A stretch of 63,593 nt of DNA, filler included, from Craspedostauros australis (lineage: Eukaryota): the NCBI GenBank assembly GCA_030167865.1. It is 15 parts of 15 records of this genome, joined end to end, with 100 filler letters (N's around TTAATTAATTAA, not from the genome) between each part and the next. Parts side by side here need not be neighbours in the genome. Positions count along the whole stretch, not along the records: positions 35,887 to 40,491 come from JALAGF010006520.1; positions 40,592 to 42,370 come from JALAGF010006521.1; positions 42,471 to 45,857 come from JALAGF010006522.1; positions 45,958 to 50,236 come from JALAGF010006524.1; 11 more parts are not named here. The stretch is one strand, 5' to 3'. This document shows, piece by piece, positions 35,787-48,900 of this stretch (position 1 is the stretch's first letter; each line of letters starts with the position of its first letter). Both the position numbers and the translations under genes were made by a program. The notes beneath the pieces are model-generated. The model was not told the origin of the DNA and did not search any database. It worked only from the letters and a program-made list of their open reading frames with translations.

Positions 35787-36559
35787 NNNNNNNNNNNNNN
35801 NNNNNNNNNNNNNNNNNNNNNNNNNNNNNNTTAATTAATTAANNNNNNNNNNNNNNNNNNNNNNNNNNNNNNNNNNNNNNNNNNNNAATTGATCGACGCA
35901 ATGAGAGATGCCAGTTGAGATTGGGATGAAGCACTTCAGAAGATGAACGTGCTTGTGCATGATGCTCTTGGTTGAAAAAAGACGATGGCGAGCGAGTATG
36001 GTACTCGTGCGGTTGCCAAGCGATGCCGATGGAAATGGAAATGGCAACGGCGATGATGCGAAGCCACGCGACGCGATGTTTCCCACCAGTCAACACAGGG
36101 CCCCTTTCGTCTCTTGTGTTGACTTGTTTCTTGTCTTTGTTTGTCCAAGTCTGTCTCTTTGGATGGCTCGTGCGTTGAGATTCTCGACGAAGCCTTCACG
36201 CCAAGGCGCCAGGTTTTACTCAGCAGATATGACGTCTGTCCGGATACCAAGGTCACAATCGACAATAATCATTACTTTTCATTGGCGCCAAAGAGTTCAA
36301 AGGACGGTCTGGACGATACCTTCGATGAAACAAACTGTAAAAATTGTGAAATCGAATCAAAAACGCCGGAACGGCGGCCGTTGAAATGGATCGAAACAGT
36401 GCGGGAAGCAAAAAAGTGGGAGAAAAGCAAGAGTTCGCGACANNNNNNNNNNNNNNNNNNNNNNNNNNNNNNNNNNNNNNNNNNNNNNNNNNNNNNNNNN
36501 NNNNNNNNNNNNNNNNNNNNNNNNNNNNNNNNNNNNNNNNNNNNNNNNNNNNNNNNNNN

Positions 36560-36747
36560 TAGGGTTAGGGTTAGGGTTAGGGTTTGGGAGGTGGGAAGCA
36601 GTTGCTCAGGGCTAGAGTTAGGGTTAGGGTTCCGGCTGGGGTTTCGGCAACTTGGGAGAGACGAGGGAGGCAACTGCGTGTGGCTGACAGTACTCAGACA
36701 GAGCCATGAAGTTACTCAATGTCAGGGTTAGGGATGGGGTTAGGGGG
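36560..36747 (+). repeat. Interstitial telomere-like (TTAGGG)n and degenerate copies
   Basis: TAGGG(TTAGGG)3TTTGGG at 36560-36588, TTAGGGTTAGGG at 36618, further variants at 36722-36747. Flanked by N gaps. Confidence 0.7.
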
Positions 36748-37795
36748 CCAGAGGGTCAAGACTTGGATTAGATGNNNNNNNNNNNNNNNNNNNNNNNNNN
36801 NNNNNNNNNNNNNNNNNNNNNNNNNNNNNNNNNNNNNNNNNNNNNNNNNNNNNNNNNNNNNNNNNNNNNNNNNNNNNNNNNNNNNNNNNNNNNNNNNNNN
36901 NNNNNNNNNNNNNNNNNNNNNNNNNNNNNNNNNNNNNNNNNNNNNNNNNNNNNNNNNNNNNNNNNNNNNNNNNNNNNNNNNNNAAGAGGAACAAGGACCG
37001 TGCCTACCATCCTGGTTGACGGCCCATGGCACATCGCCCTGCATCACATTACATCACAATACATCACATCACTCTCCACACAACAAGAGTTTTGTGTCCA
37101 CACCAACGATTCTGTGTGAGCACAAGGTAGAGTCACTCTCCGGAAATTCAAGAATCGCGAACAAAGCCCAAACGATGGAAGAAAAAAGAACGTTTTGGGA
37201 CGAATGACCACTGCGACTCTATTGAAGCGCCAATGAGCACTGTTGCGTCTGTGCGTTATTCACCTAATAGGTAGATTCGACATGATTTTCAACCCTCCAT
37301 AACTTTAAAATGATTGGACGGAACAATTCTAGTTCTTGCCATATGATGTATTTGATGTAGGACAAGAGATATACGCAGTTATTTTTAACACAGAAACGAC
37401 GTTCCCGAGAAAGGTGTACTATTTTCACTCAGGCGGGTCATATATTACATCCTCGTGGCTCGTGCATAGTAGTAACGTCGAGGCATTTGGTTCTCGAGCA
37501 CCACTCCTTTTTCCTTGTTTTTGCCTACCTACATTTCTGTCCTTCGACCGGAGATTGAGTTGGTTGACGTCACAAGATCCAAGAATTCCACTTCTCGTCC
37601 ATTCTTCTTCGTGTTCCCTTTTCTTCTCTCCCCATCCACCCACCATCGTTGCCGTCGTGGTGGGGTTGGCGCAACTGGGGACAGCTCTCCGCGCACACAT
37701 CTTTTGGGCCTGGACGCAAACCCACACCACAATCCAAAATCGAATCATAGCCATACCAGATCAAACGCATCATAGCAAGCCAATTGATCATCACC

Positions 37796-39763
37796 ATGTT
37801 CGGACGCTTCGTTGCCAGCAACTTCACACGCCATGCTTCGCGCATGTCGACCAGATCTTTTCACGGATCGGCGATCCGCGATGCCCGCAAGATCACGACG
37901 ACCTTCGATCTTCCAGATCCAACCAGAGTCGCTTCCGCGGGAGGCGACGAGGCCACCAAGCCATCCCAGCTGACGAAGATCGTTGCCACCATCGGACCAA
38001 CCTCGGAGCAGCTTGAGCCGATGAAGAAGGTCGTCGATGCTGGAATGACGATCATGAGACTGAACTTCTCTCACGCCACGGTCGACGAGGTGGAACTGCG
38101 TACGAAGAACCTCGCTCTCTGTCAGGTGAGTTACCAAACATAGTATACCATACATACTATTATATGATACGTGCTACTCTCCCCTCTTTGATGGCACCAT
38201 GGTGAAATGATGATGGCAAGGGTGATGCACTTTGACGTGAGTAGACTCTCACCTATCTGCTGTCACTGCCACATTTGCTGATGCTCTGATGATAACACTA
38301 CTCTACTATTACATGCCCCACTCCACTCCCGTGCCATACCATACCATACCATTCATACGTACTCGTGCAACCGACAGGAAAAAATCGAGGGCGCCGCAGC
38401 TATCCAAAAGGACCAGGATGTGAAGGCAACGCTGTTGGACACCAGAGGGCCAGAAATTCGATCGGGAAAGCTGAAGAATGATCACTCTGGACATGAGACG
38501 ATCAGCTTGAAGAAGGGCGAGACTATCACGCTGAGAACCAGCAAGGAGTATGAGGACGAAGGATCCACCGAGACGGACCTGTTCATCAACTACGCTGGTC
38601 TGCACAAGTCGGTGCAACCTGGCATGAAGGTCCTGCTGGATGATGGCGCTGTTATTTTGACGGTCGTCGACGTCGAGGCCGATAAGGAATTTCATGGATC
38701 CGTCACTTGCACCATCGACAACTCCGGCGATTTGAGATCCCGCGCCGGCGTCAACCTCCCCATGGCAGAAACTGACCTCCCCGCAATGTCGGACAAGGAT
38801 AAGAACGACATCAAGTACGGAATGACCATCGATGTGGACTACGTCGCCGCCTCCTTCATCCAGAACGCCGAGGGCGTCCAGCAGATCCGACAGTACATGA
38901 AGGAATGCGCCAAAGAACTGGGCTGGGACGCCTCGGCGCCGCTCCCAAAGATCATCTCCAAGATCGAGTCCGCCTCCGCCCTGAAGCATTTTGACGATAT
39001 CCTCGAGGAATCCGACGGTATCATGGTCGCGCGCGGTGATTTGGGCGTGGAGATCCCTATCCAGCAGGTCACCAACGCGCAGAAGGAGATGGTGGCTGCC
39101 TGCAACGCGGCAGGCAAGCCCGTGATCGTGGCCACGCAAATGCTGGAATCGATGGGAAAGAATCCACGTCCAACCAGAGCCGAGGTTTCCGATGTGACCA
39201 ACGCTGTGTACGATGGAGCCGACGCCGTCATGCTGAGCGGAGAGACGGCCAAAGGCAAGTACCCATTTGAATCGATCAAGATGATGAACGAAATCATCTC
39301 TGCGGCCGAAGTCTACGCATCCTCCGGATCGCTCGGCAGCACGCACGTGCAGAGCAGCGGTACCGAGAGCATCTTCGAGGGTGAGAAGGACATGGATTCG
39401 GCCATCGCCAAGGGTGCGGTCGCAGCGAGCCACGAACGCGGTTCCAAGGCCATCCTTGTGATCACGGAGTCGGGGAATCTCGCCCAGCAGGTCGCTGCGT
39501 ACCGACCAAGCGTCCCGATCGTCACCTTCTGCCCGTCGGCCAAGCTCGCCCGTCAGCTGATCCTGCACCGAGGCATCTTCCCAATCGTTGGCCTCAATGG
39601 CATCTCGGAAGGCGCACGCATGCATGCTGCCCTGAAGGAGGCAACCGCTTTGGGATACATCAGCGAGGGCGATTCTGTCATCATCGTGAGCGTCGACAAG
39701 CAGTACGGCAGAAGCGCGAATCTCAAGATTGCCTGCGTCCCAGAGAACATCGATTCCGCGTGA
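37796..39763 (+). CDS. PK: Pyruvate kinase, predicted mitochondrial; exons 37796-38125 and 38378-39763 (571 aa)
   Basis: TKIVATIGP, RLNFSH, LLDTRGPEIRSG, ISKIES, GIMVARGDLGVE, ATQMLESM, RPTRAEVSDV, DAVMLSGETAKG. A phase-0 GTGAG..ACAG intron (252 nt) joins the frames. Arg/Ser-rich, acid-free N-terminus. Confidence 0.96.
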
Positions 39764-40131
39764 ACAGCTGCTGATGGGTTGAGAGTTCGAGAGGTTGGTT
39801 GGGAGTTGGAGGAGAATAGAGCACTCCTGGCCACGTAAGCACATGGGTGGGAGTATCGCAACAAGTCCTTGAAGCTATCCATGCTCTCTCTCTCTCTCTC
39901 TTTGGAGTGTTTGTGCTTCGGATAACCTCAATGTTTAAAGCAAGTGTGTTAACATGGACCTCCTTTGATTCCTGGCTAACTTCCCCCATCCTTGTTTGCA
40001 CACAACCACAGGTACCCAAAACAGTATCGCAGAGTACTGATTGTACTACATTTGTACTATGCAAGTGGTATTTCGAACGCCATGAAGCGTTCGTACTTCC
40101 ATTGTTGTTGGTGGCGTGCAGACGACTCTAA

Positions 40132-40491
40132 GACCCCATTCAGGATACGATAGTACATTCTTGCCGATTTTTACTTTGAGGGCCAATATTATCCTATTAT
40201 GTTGTGGAGGGTATATGTGTGAAATATTAGACGCCTGGACCTTATAGTTAAAAAGTTTATATTTTTCGCATTAATCTACGACTACAAACGAAAGGCATGC
40301 GGACGCAGAAGGGCANATTGTGTTGGGAATCACCAGTCGTGCTTCAGCTTGCTGTCCAGTCGTGCCCTTGATTGACAGACTCACATTTCGCGTGGGCAAG
40401 GCGGTTGGGTGCGAAGAGATGTTGAGGATTGCGCGGTAGCAGTAGGCAAGGTGATGATGATGCATCATCTGGGCTGTGGATCAGTGGTCGA
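40132..40491. mobile_element. Second copy of the GACCCCATTCAGG transposon terminus
   Basis: Homolog of 10943-11300. Immediately preceded by TAA (40129-40131), the PIF/Harbinger target trinucleotide. Confidence 0.65.
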
Positions 40492-41399
40492 NNNNNNNNN
40501 NNNNNNNNNNNNNNNNNNNNNNNNNNNNNNNNNNNTTAATTAATTAANNNNNNNNNNNNNNNNNNNNNNNNNNNNNNNNNNNNNNNNNNNNGGAAGAACA
40601 TGATGCGCCAACGGGGCATCCAAGACGCCCACAGCCAAGAAGAGCCCACCAAAACCTGTCCTGTTGCGCCTGGCATCAAGAAACAATTACGACAGTGAGG
40701 GTGTGGAAGTCAGCGAAAGTCCGTAGAATATGCTGCAACAGCAACAGCAGGGTTCGTTACAGGGAATGGCAGATGCGACAGCACATGGCCGCGATGCCGA
40801 TGGTCGAAATCAGCAGCAGGAACCGGCAGTGCTGGATTACACTGATGTGGATCACAGCGCCGCTGTCGAGAATGCTGGGACAAACGACAGGGCCTATCAT
40901 CACTGGCAGCAACAGCTGCAACAACGGGCACAGCAACAACCTCCGCAGAGCATCATCTGATTCTCTCGACTGTTGAGCCATGGAAACACACCGATGGATC
41001 AGAGCCATGGCAACCATTACCTGTCAACCTCATTTGATGAATCGTCGTACTACCACTGCAAGGACGGTTTCCAGAACCAGGGCGCTTTGTTCAACCAAGA
41101 TGTGCACGATGACATCTTTCGCATTCGTCGTGCCGTGTCGCGCAGACAACGAACATTCATTCATGCCAGGGATCATTGCCACAATGTCTGCACCCAATCT
41201 GGAAATGACGGAATATTCCTCTCATTATCCCTTGGATACCTCCACTATTGGCACACCGCGTGATCAGAAAACCCTCAGCCACTTTAATACGCAGCATTCC
41301 TGCCGCATGCGCGCTAACAACGGCCGCGACAACGGCGATGCTGATGACGACGACGATGACAACTACCAGGACGCTTCAGATATGTCATGTGTGCCAGAC

Positions 41400-42124
41400 A
41401 ATGAACGGTTGGACAGCTGGAACATCATGAAGGACGATTATGTGGACGGTTATGGAGGTGGTGGCATGTTGGGATTTTCCATCCTTGGCACATTGGTGGA
41501 CGATATGGCGGTATCGCTTCATGTCCTGAGCCCTCCGTTGATGGAATCGCTTCAAGGATTCTTCCCATTTTCCAAAAACAAGAAAACTTCTATCTGAAGT
41601 AATCCCTCGTCCGCAATGGTGCATCCCTTGGGTCCTTCCTTCAGCAAGCAAGAGGAGCTCAGTACACAATGCTGGCGCTGGAGACGATGGATGGCTAAGT
41701 GTTCAGCGCCTTCACCGGCCAGGCATGGCGCAAGACACGGAAGTACTTTGGCATGGGCGAATGCTTCCTGTGGCGGATGTGCAATCACCGCTTGGNNNNN
41801 NNNNNNNNNNNNNNNNNNNNNNNNNNNNNNNNNNNNNNNNNNNNNAGCAAGAGGAGCTCAGTACACAATGCTGGCGCTGGAGACGATGGATGGCTAAGTG
41901 TTCAGCGCCTTCACCGGCCAGGCATGGCGTAAGACACGGAAGTACTTTGGCACGGGCGAATGCTTCCTGTGGCGGATGTGTAATCACCGCTTGGTGCCGA
42001 AGAGCTGATCCGTTCTGGAGCAGGCGCGGCTGGAAAGCGGGATCGATGTCTTCCCGTGTGCCGGTGCCAACGACTACATCCAGCTCTGCACGAACGATTG
42101 ACTTGCGGTTGGATGGGGCATCCC
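41400..42124 (+). pseudogene. TLDc-domain (OXR1-like) protein pseudogene
   Basis: HVLSPPLMESLQ, then (frameshift) NFYLK*SLVRNGASL..ARGAQYTMLALETMDG*VFSAFTGQAW..YFG.GECFLWRM and NDYIQLCTND*LAVG. Stops at 41600, 41696 and 42099. Confidence 0.8.
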
Positions 42125-43539
42125 NNNNNNNNNNNNNNNNNNNNNNNNNNNNNNNNNNNNNNNNNNNNNNNNNNNNNNNNNNNNNNNNNNNNNNNNNGAC
42201 GATGACGATGACGATGACGATGGCGGCCAAGAAGCAGGTGAAAAGAAAGAGGAATATCCACGCACGGCCACCAACTACACATCAACTCACCTGGACACCA
42301 TTGGTAATCCAGCGACATGAGGCAGCGGCCTCAATGCCAACACCAGCAACAACAACAGTGATGGCGCACANNNNNNNNNNNNNNNNNNNNNNNNNNNNNN
42401 NNNNNNNNNNNNNNTTAATTAATTAANNNNNNNNNNNNNNNNNNNNNNNNNNNNNNNNNNNNNNNNNNNNATCCAGCTGAGGAATCTTTGCTCATATCCT
42501 ATTTCACCCGATACAACATCCGCGGCGTGTTCCTGATGCTCTGAGGATTAGTGTCGTCAGATACGACCAGGGACTTCGACCAACGCGCATTTTGCATCTT
42601 TTGGAGATCCTGACTGCCATATCGGAAGTCGTTGTTGGTCTCCAACCAACCCAACGNNNNNNNNNNNNNNNNNNNNNNNNNNNNNNNNNNNNNNNNNNNN
42701 NNNNNNNNNNNNNNNNNNNNNNNNNNNNNNNNNNNNNNNNNNNNNNNNNNNNNNNNNNNNNNNNNNNNNCAGAGCCTTGAACAAGCTATGAATCAGCAGG
42801 GACAAAGTGCTTGCGCATATGTTACCGGACCTCTGTTTGTGGCAAAGTTGAGACAGAAGAGATGGCAGCGAAACTCTCAGAACACAAAGCTCCTAAGAGA
42901 AGAAAGAGGGATGTGCGTTGCGTGCAACTCAGATCACACCCATTAATGATTCTATCAACCTTTGGTCTCAACAAGTGATGCAATAACATGCCAGGAGCAT
43001 TCATATCAGAGCAGTCTAAACTAGAGCTCTATTCTACAGAAGAGAAGCCGATTCAGTCATGTTGGTCGTCTTTCTGCGTAGGTCACGAACTAGTCACGAG
43101 TACCAATGTGAAATCCGAACGTGAGTGCCACATGTGACATGAACACAGGGGTGTGAATGTGAAATGCGATAGGCCTCTAATTGCGATGCCGGCATCTCTT
43201 TTCCGACAAAGGGGGAGAGATTCCCTGTGTGGTTCCTCCGTTCCTGGTACGCTACTAGTTCGAGTACACGCCCTCGTACAGAACACACCATGGGTCCATG
43301 CATCCTTTGCACTGCGGAGGAACGCAAAAACGCTGATTGCGTCGATTTTCTCACAAGACATCCACTGGCCTCACAATTCGCAGAGAACGACCAAGCTTCT
43401 TACAAAGGACATAAACTCTTCGATCCACCACACGAGACGCACAGAGACAGCAAGCAAACGAGCGACCGAGGCAACACCGCATCACCGCAACGCAACACCG
43501 CACTTCGCAATCAGCAACAACCTGCAACACTTCGCAGCC

Positions 43540-44583
43540 ATGGAAGTATCTCCCCCAAGACAGAAACGCCAACAACGACGGCGCTCAGAAATGGTGGACA
43601 CCATCACCATGACGACGCACGGCTTGGGCATGGGCATCGACCGATCCCGACAAGGATCGTCAAAACCGGTGATGCCTTCACCACCATGCAAGCGAAGGAG
43701 GTTTCTTTCACCCTCATCTGCAAGCACCAGGATCGGATGCCACCACTTCCGCAAAGACGACCTCATTCGCGGATCGCCACCGACATCGCTCATCATCCCG
43801 GATCTCATGGACGTCCCCTCGGTCGACCATGGTGATGAGGTGTGGGGCGGCACCGGCAAGGACAACCAGAAGAACGAAGGCAACAACGCACCGTCATTCA
43901 CGCTGAAACCAAGGTTCGACGGTCAGGCTCTTGGCTGTGTGTCTCGACTGGTTGGAGTCTGCAAATCCCAGTTCAAGGTAATCCCATCAAAGCCTTCGAT
44001 GGCGGCTCAACAACGTGCCACACTCACAGCGCGAAGGGCAGTGCCGCACCGTGTCAACGGACATAGGCATTCACCCGAATCGTTGCCAGTGTCATTGCCG
44101 AGGCCGGTCCCGATACAAGCCCCGATGCAGGCGCTGCCTTCAACGGCAATGGGGCCATTCAACTCTCTCGGACCTCGCGTGGTCTGCCCCCCTCAACATG
44201 ACGGCTGGAGCAAGCACCGAAACTATCATGGTCATCATGAACGCCAGCAGCAACAGCAACATCGAGTGGAGGTGCTTCAGCCGCTGATGTCCCAACACTG
44301 CAGCAGTAGCGGTTGCAGCAACAATGGCAACAACCTCGGGAGGACTGGCATGGTGACGCATCAATGCGGACCAGGAGGACTGACACGGTACCAAACACCC
44401 CCACACACACGCTCGCTGATGCGGGTCGATCCTCACCACAGTGGAGTCTTCACTTCACTGCCGGCGCGCTTCGTTTCTCCATCTTGCGAACAAGTTGGTA
44501 ACAACGACAGCAACAGCATCGACGGTCGCGAGTCTCTGCCTCCTTCGCATGAGTCCGCGATGCGAAGGTCCGACCTGCCTTGA
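43540..44583 (+). CDS. Hypothetical low-complexity (Pro/Ser/Arg/His-rich) protein, 347 aa
   Basis: Long open frame. ATG (GCCATGG) follows a CA-rich leader. No recognisable domain. Confidence 0.5.
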   Translation: MEVSPPRQKRQQRRRSEMVDTITMTTHGLGMGIDRSRQGSSKPVMPSPPCKRRRFLSPSSASTRIGCHHFRKDDLIRGSPPTSLIIPDLMDVPSVDHGDEVWGGTGKDNQKNEGNNAPSFTLKPRFDGQALGCVSRLVGVCKSQFKVIPSKPSMAAQQRATLTARRAVPHRVNGHRHSPESLPVSLPRPVPIQAPMQALPSTAMGPFNSLGPRVVCPPQHDGWSKHRNYHGHHERQQQQQHRVEVLQPLMSQHCSSSGCSNNGNNLGRTGMVTHQCGPGGLTRYQTPPHTRSLMRVDPHHSGVFTSLPARFVSPSCEQVGNNDSNSIDGRESLPPSHESAMRRSDLP

Positions 44584-45958
44584 CATCTCCACACCACTCC
44601 GCATCAATGGTAATACTTGAGTATAGCATGCAATACTATTCATGAGAGATGTACCTACTGTACATAGTACTGGCATTACTTGATCACTGCATCATAGAAT
44701 ATCACACTGACTGGAGTTCATTCCATGATACATAGCAAACGAGGAGCGAACTTTCCTCCCGCCTGCCCATCATATAATACGAGCAGAGAAGAAACATTGG
44801 GAGTGAGCGCGGAAGCATACGACTACTACCATAGTCATAGCTGCGAGCTATTACATGATGGAGTGGGTGCTTGGATACATCGTATGCTGGTGCTCCAGAG
44901 CGCTCTCTTTGACCCAACTCACATAACCAATGACTGATGACCAACAACCACTCGAAGCTTGACGCGTTGCCGCAGAGATAGTCTGCGGTGCTGGTCTGCT
45001 CTCATCAATTAGATCGTATGTTAAGATCAGTCTTTCATTTCGCTTTGTTGGAAAGTGTGACTTCTCGTGATTCCTACAAAGCAGTCGCAGCACAAGTACT
45101 CTTCCTCCGCTTCCTGGGGCCAGGCGGCACTTTCTGCGATCTGCAGGGTCGCACCATGCCAATGCATTCGATACGAGTGTGCTGTGCCCTCGCAGTATGG
45201 TCCATAGTCTCTTTGCGTAATGATACGACCACAGATACAATTGCCGATAGTGGTGGCAGAGGTCGAGGAGCTGGTCGGCAGGAGACAGGACTATGAAGCA
45301 AAACAACCGTATCCAGGATACTTGTTCGTTGCCCATGACCACGGTGCATCAACTCTTGTGTGATCCTTGCATCTTCGCATCATCGCCACAAACGTGACGG
45401 CATCAGTGCGCCTGCCGCGTCATCATCAGGGCCGCAGTCTCTTCCGTTGTCGCAGTATGATGACGTGAGGTCGCAAAACCCGGCTTGGGCCGCAGTTCAT
45501 CTCATCCACACGCATAGTTCCAGCTTCTGCTAAGTACTTGAGTGTACCGTACGAGCACGTACATACCAGGTATCGCGCGGTATCCACGTCGAAGAGAACA
45601 TTGATCTGTGAAATGCAAGTCGAACCGTGCACAATTTTTGTGGACACTGTCATGGACGTCATCGTCGTTGGTGTTGTCGTTGTTGTTGGCGGGTGTTGTA
45701 GTTGTTTGTTGTTGTTGTTGTTCTTCTTCTTCGAGATTGAAATTCAGCCATTGACATTCTCGCTTTGTGCCGTGGCTCATCACACCACGGACAAAGTGGA
45801 ATGAAGCGTCTGGAATCTCCGTCATTTGCGGACTGTGGCGCGGAGTTTGGATGTTCGNNNNNNNNNNNNNNNNNNNNNNNNNNNNNNNNNNNNNNNNNNN
45901 NTTAATTAATTAANNNNNNNNNNNNNNNNNNNNNNNNNNNNNNNNNNNNNNNNNNNNG

Positions 45959-48900
45959 ACTGCGGTCGCAGATGGACGAGTCCTCGCAGAGACAAGGTCT
46001 GGCACTGGCACTGATACTGGTATTGGCGCTGGTATTGGCGCTGGTATTGGCGCTGGCACCAGTACTATTACTACTGCTACTACTACTACTGCCGCTAGGA
46101 ATACACCACACACAAGGGATCCATCACAGGTGTTCACTTCAGGCAACGACTTCTACGATGATGGGTACAATGAGGAGGAACTCAGCGCCAAGCTCAAGAC
46201 CAAACTCAACCTCTCCAACATCCCATTGATGGGACGTCAGGCTGAACTCAAAAAGCTTCGCAATGTGTATCAGTACATGCTGGAACGGAGCAACAAGGCA
46301 GAGAATGGCAATAGCAATAGTAGCAACAGCAACAGCAACAGCAACAATGATGCCTACCCCAATTCAGGATCTCCATCCGCTGGCCAATCTACAAATACAA
46401 GTGAGGGTGTTTCGTGCTCCACCCCTGTGGTCTTCGTGCGAGGAGCCAGCGGAACCGGAAAGACGAAGATGATCAACCAATTCGTCAAGGATCTCCAACA
46501 CGATGCAGACAATGGAGACAATGGAGACAATACAGACAGTGGAGACATCCCATTGCTTCCTTACTTCATCCAAGGCAAGACCGATGAGCACATACAGGAC
46601 AGCGACCCTTTCTCCGCCATCATCCAGGCCCTGAACGACTTCTGCCGGCAGGTTGGGAACAGCTCCAGTGCAGAGCGACAGCGGATCCGACGCCGCATTC
46701 GCAAGCACCTCGGTTCCCAAGCAAACATCATCAGCAAGCTGGTCCCGGCTATTCACACCTTGCTTTCCTCCGGCAACGCCAAGATCAGCAGCGTGCCACA
46801 ATCCCAGTTGAACCCAGCCACTGACGAATCAGCTTCTCAGCAGCGCCCGTCGCAACCTTCAGCAACAGGTGCCTCGATTGATGACATCAAGCAACACCAA
46901 TCTGTGGCATCGGTGTCCGCCGGTGATGCTCCCGATTCCGCTCAGATGAAACGTCTAGTGGAACAGCTCGGGGCCAAGGCCGACGTCGCGTGGAATCAAC
47001 TAAGGTACACCTTGACAACGTTGCTNNNNNNNNNNNNNNNNNNNNNNNNNNNNNNNNNNNNNNNNNNNGATGACCTGCAATGGTCTTCGCAAGTCAGCAT
47101 CGATCTCATCTCGACCTTCCTCTGCGACAAGAATTTGAAGTACTTCCTCATGATCGGTGCCGTTCGCCAGGACACCAATCCTCACAGCCCAGGTGAGCTC
47201 TTGGATCTGAACGACGACAGCCCGCTCAGGAAGATGATTGAGACCTTGTGCACGCCAGCAGGCTCCAACCTTCGACATGAATCCGCGACCGAGACGTCTG
47301 CTTCCAAACATCAAGTATCCTCGCCATGGNNNNNNNNNNNNNNNNNNNNNNNNNNNNNNNNNNNNNNNNNNNNNNNNNNTCCAAACATCAAGTATCCTCG
47401 CCATGGACGGACCTGGTGCTGGCTCATCACACGAAGCAGGAGATTGCGGAGTGCCTCTCGATCCTCCTCAACCGCACCGTCGAGGATCTGGAACCGTTCA
47501 CGTCCAGGATCTACGGACGTGCAGAGGGAAACATCTTCTTCACCCTCCAGCTCGTGGAGCAGCTGCAAGAAACCAACATTCTTGCGTACAGCCACATCAC
47601 CTTCCAGTGGGAATGGCACTGGCCCCAAAGCAACGTCTCTAAAAGCAGCGCCAGCAGTGCCCGGAGTGTCGGCAGCGACAGCTACACCTTGCCTTTCGCA
47701 AGGAACATCGTCGAGCTCATGTCTCACAAGCTCAGTCGGCTCTCCCCGCAGCTCAAGGCAGCCCTTGCGTGTGCCGCTTACATCCGCGCCACATTTGACC
47801 TATCCACGCTCCGAATGGTCCTCAATGCGCAACCGGCTTCATTCATGTCTCTCGGGGACAACGCGTGCGCGACAGCTGAGCCGATCATCTCCGCGGAGAA
47901 GCTCGAGCATCTTCTGGAGGAGGCCGTGCTGCAAGGATTCCTGACCAATTTTACAGGAGGCACCACGTACTGCTTCGCCCACGATCGCATCCAGCAGGCA
48001 GCATACGAGTCGGTCCCGTTCGGGGAGGATCGCTGCAAGCTCAAATCAAGAATCGGCAAGTGTCTCTTCGAGTACTGCCGTCCATCTACGCGCTCCATTA
48101 TCAATACGGACGATGATACTGATGATGTGACCTCTGCTGATGAACTCGGTGACGACGAGTACAACGATGAGAACAGCAAGGGTTACCCATTGCTAAGCGC
48201 GGACGGCCAAGTCATCGATCAGACGCTGCTGTACGTTGCCGCGGATCATCTGAACAGCGTGCCAACAAAGGATCATCTCTTCATCGTCAAGCTCAATCTG
48301 CAAGCCGGGGACTTGGCTCTGTCCATGGCGGCCCTGGCGCAGGCCTCGGTGTACTACAGATCGGCATCTACTGCCATGAGGAAGATCCGTGAACCTTGGA
48401 ATTGTCAGTACAAGCTCAACCTTCGGCTGTATACATCCAGAGCGAGGATTGAGTTGGCGCTGGGTCGGTACGAGCTGGGATACGAATTGAGCCAAGCTGT
48501 GTTGGACCACGCTAAGACGCTCAATGAAAAGCTGCCGACCTACGCCTCCATGATCCAAGCCCTGGGAGCTCAAGACAAGCAGCACGAAGGCCTCCGATTG
48601 GGACGCAAGGTGACTCAGTCGCTGCGCAGCTACCCCAAAGGGTCGTACGGGCTGCACGTCCTGAGGAAGATGATGATGGTGCGCAGGTACACGAAGCGAG
48701 TATCGGATGAAGAGATCATGTGCCAACCCCTCGCGACCAACTCTACCGACATCCTCCCCCTCGTCTTTCTCCGCGAGGTATCCATCCGAAGCGTCTTCTG
48801 CCAAAACGCCGTTCACTTGCTTCTTTCCACCTTCAACATCATTCTTTGGTCGAAAAAGCACGGTATCACTGAGGATGTAGGCTTGGCATTCGCAAGCTAC

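Noticed and set aside
35887..36442. ORF running into RVRVRV
   Set aside because: The RV repeat is translated telomeric DNA across a gap; the upstream part has no recognisable domain.
38309..39844. Long antisense ORFs (511 aa opposite PK; also opposite gag, PTPS, the ATPase and the Cys-rich repeat)
   Set aside because: Shadow frames caused by GC3-rich codon usage; no recognisable motifs.
32885..41698. Stop-codon reassignment or programmed readthrough (in-frame TAA in gag-pol and TLDc)
   Set aside because: The TAAs fall at positions expecting different residues (Tyr, Glu, His/Gln) and co-occur with frameshifts or insertions. Intact ORFs end normally in TAA, TAG and TGA.
44900..45857. Possible minus-strand spliced gene end
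   Set aside because: It has a Q/T/N-rich ORF and a GTATGT donor, but I could not build a consistent frame or assign a product.
47303..47406. Frameshift splitting the ATPase into 604-aa and 988-aa ORFs
   Set aside because: The same 27 nt flank the 50-N gap; merging them gives one frame.
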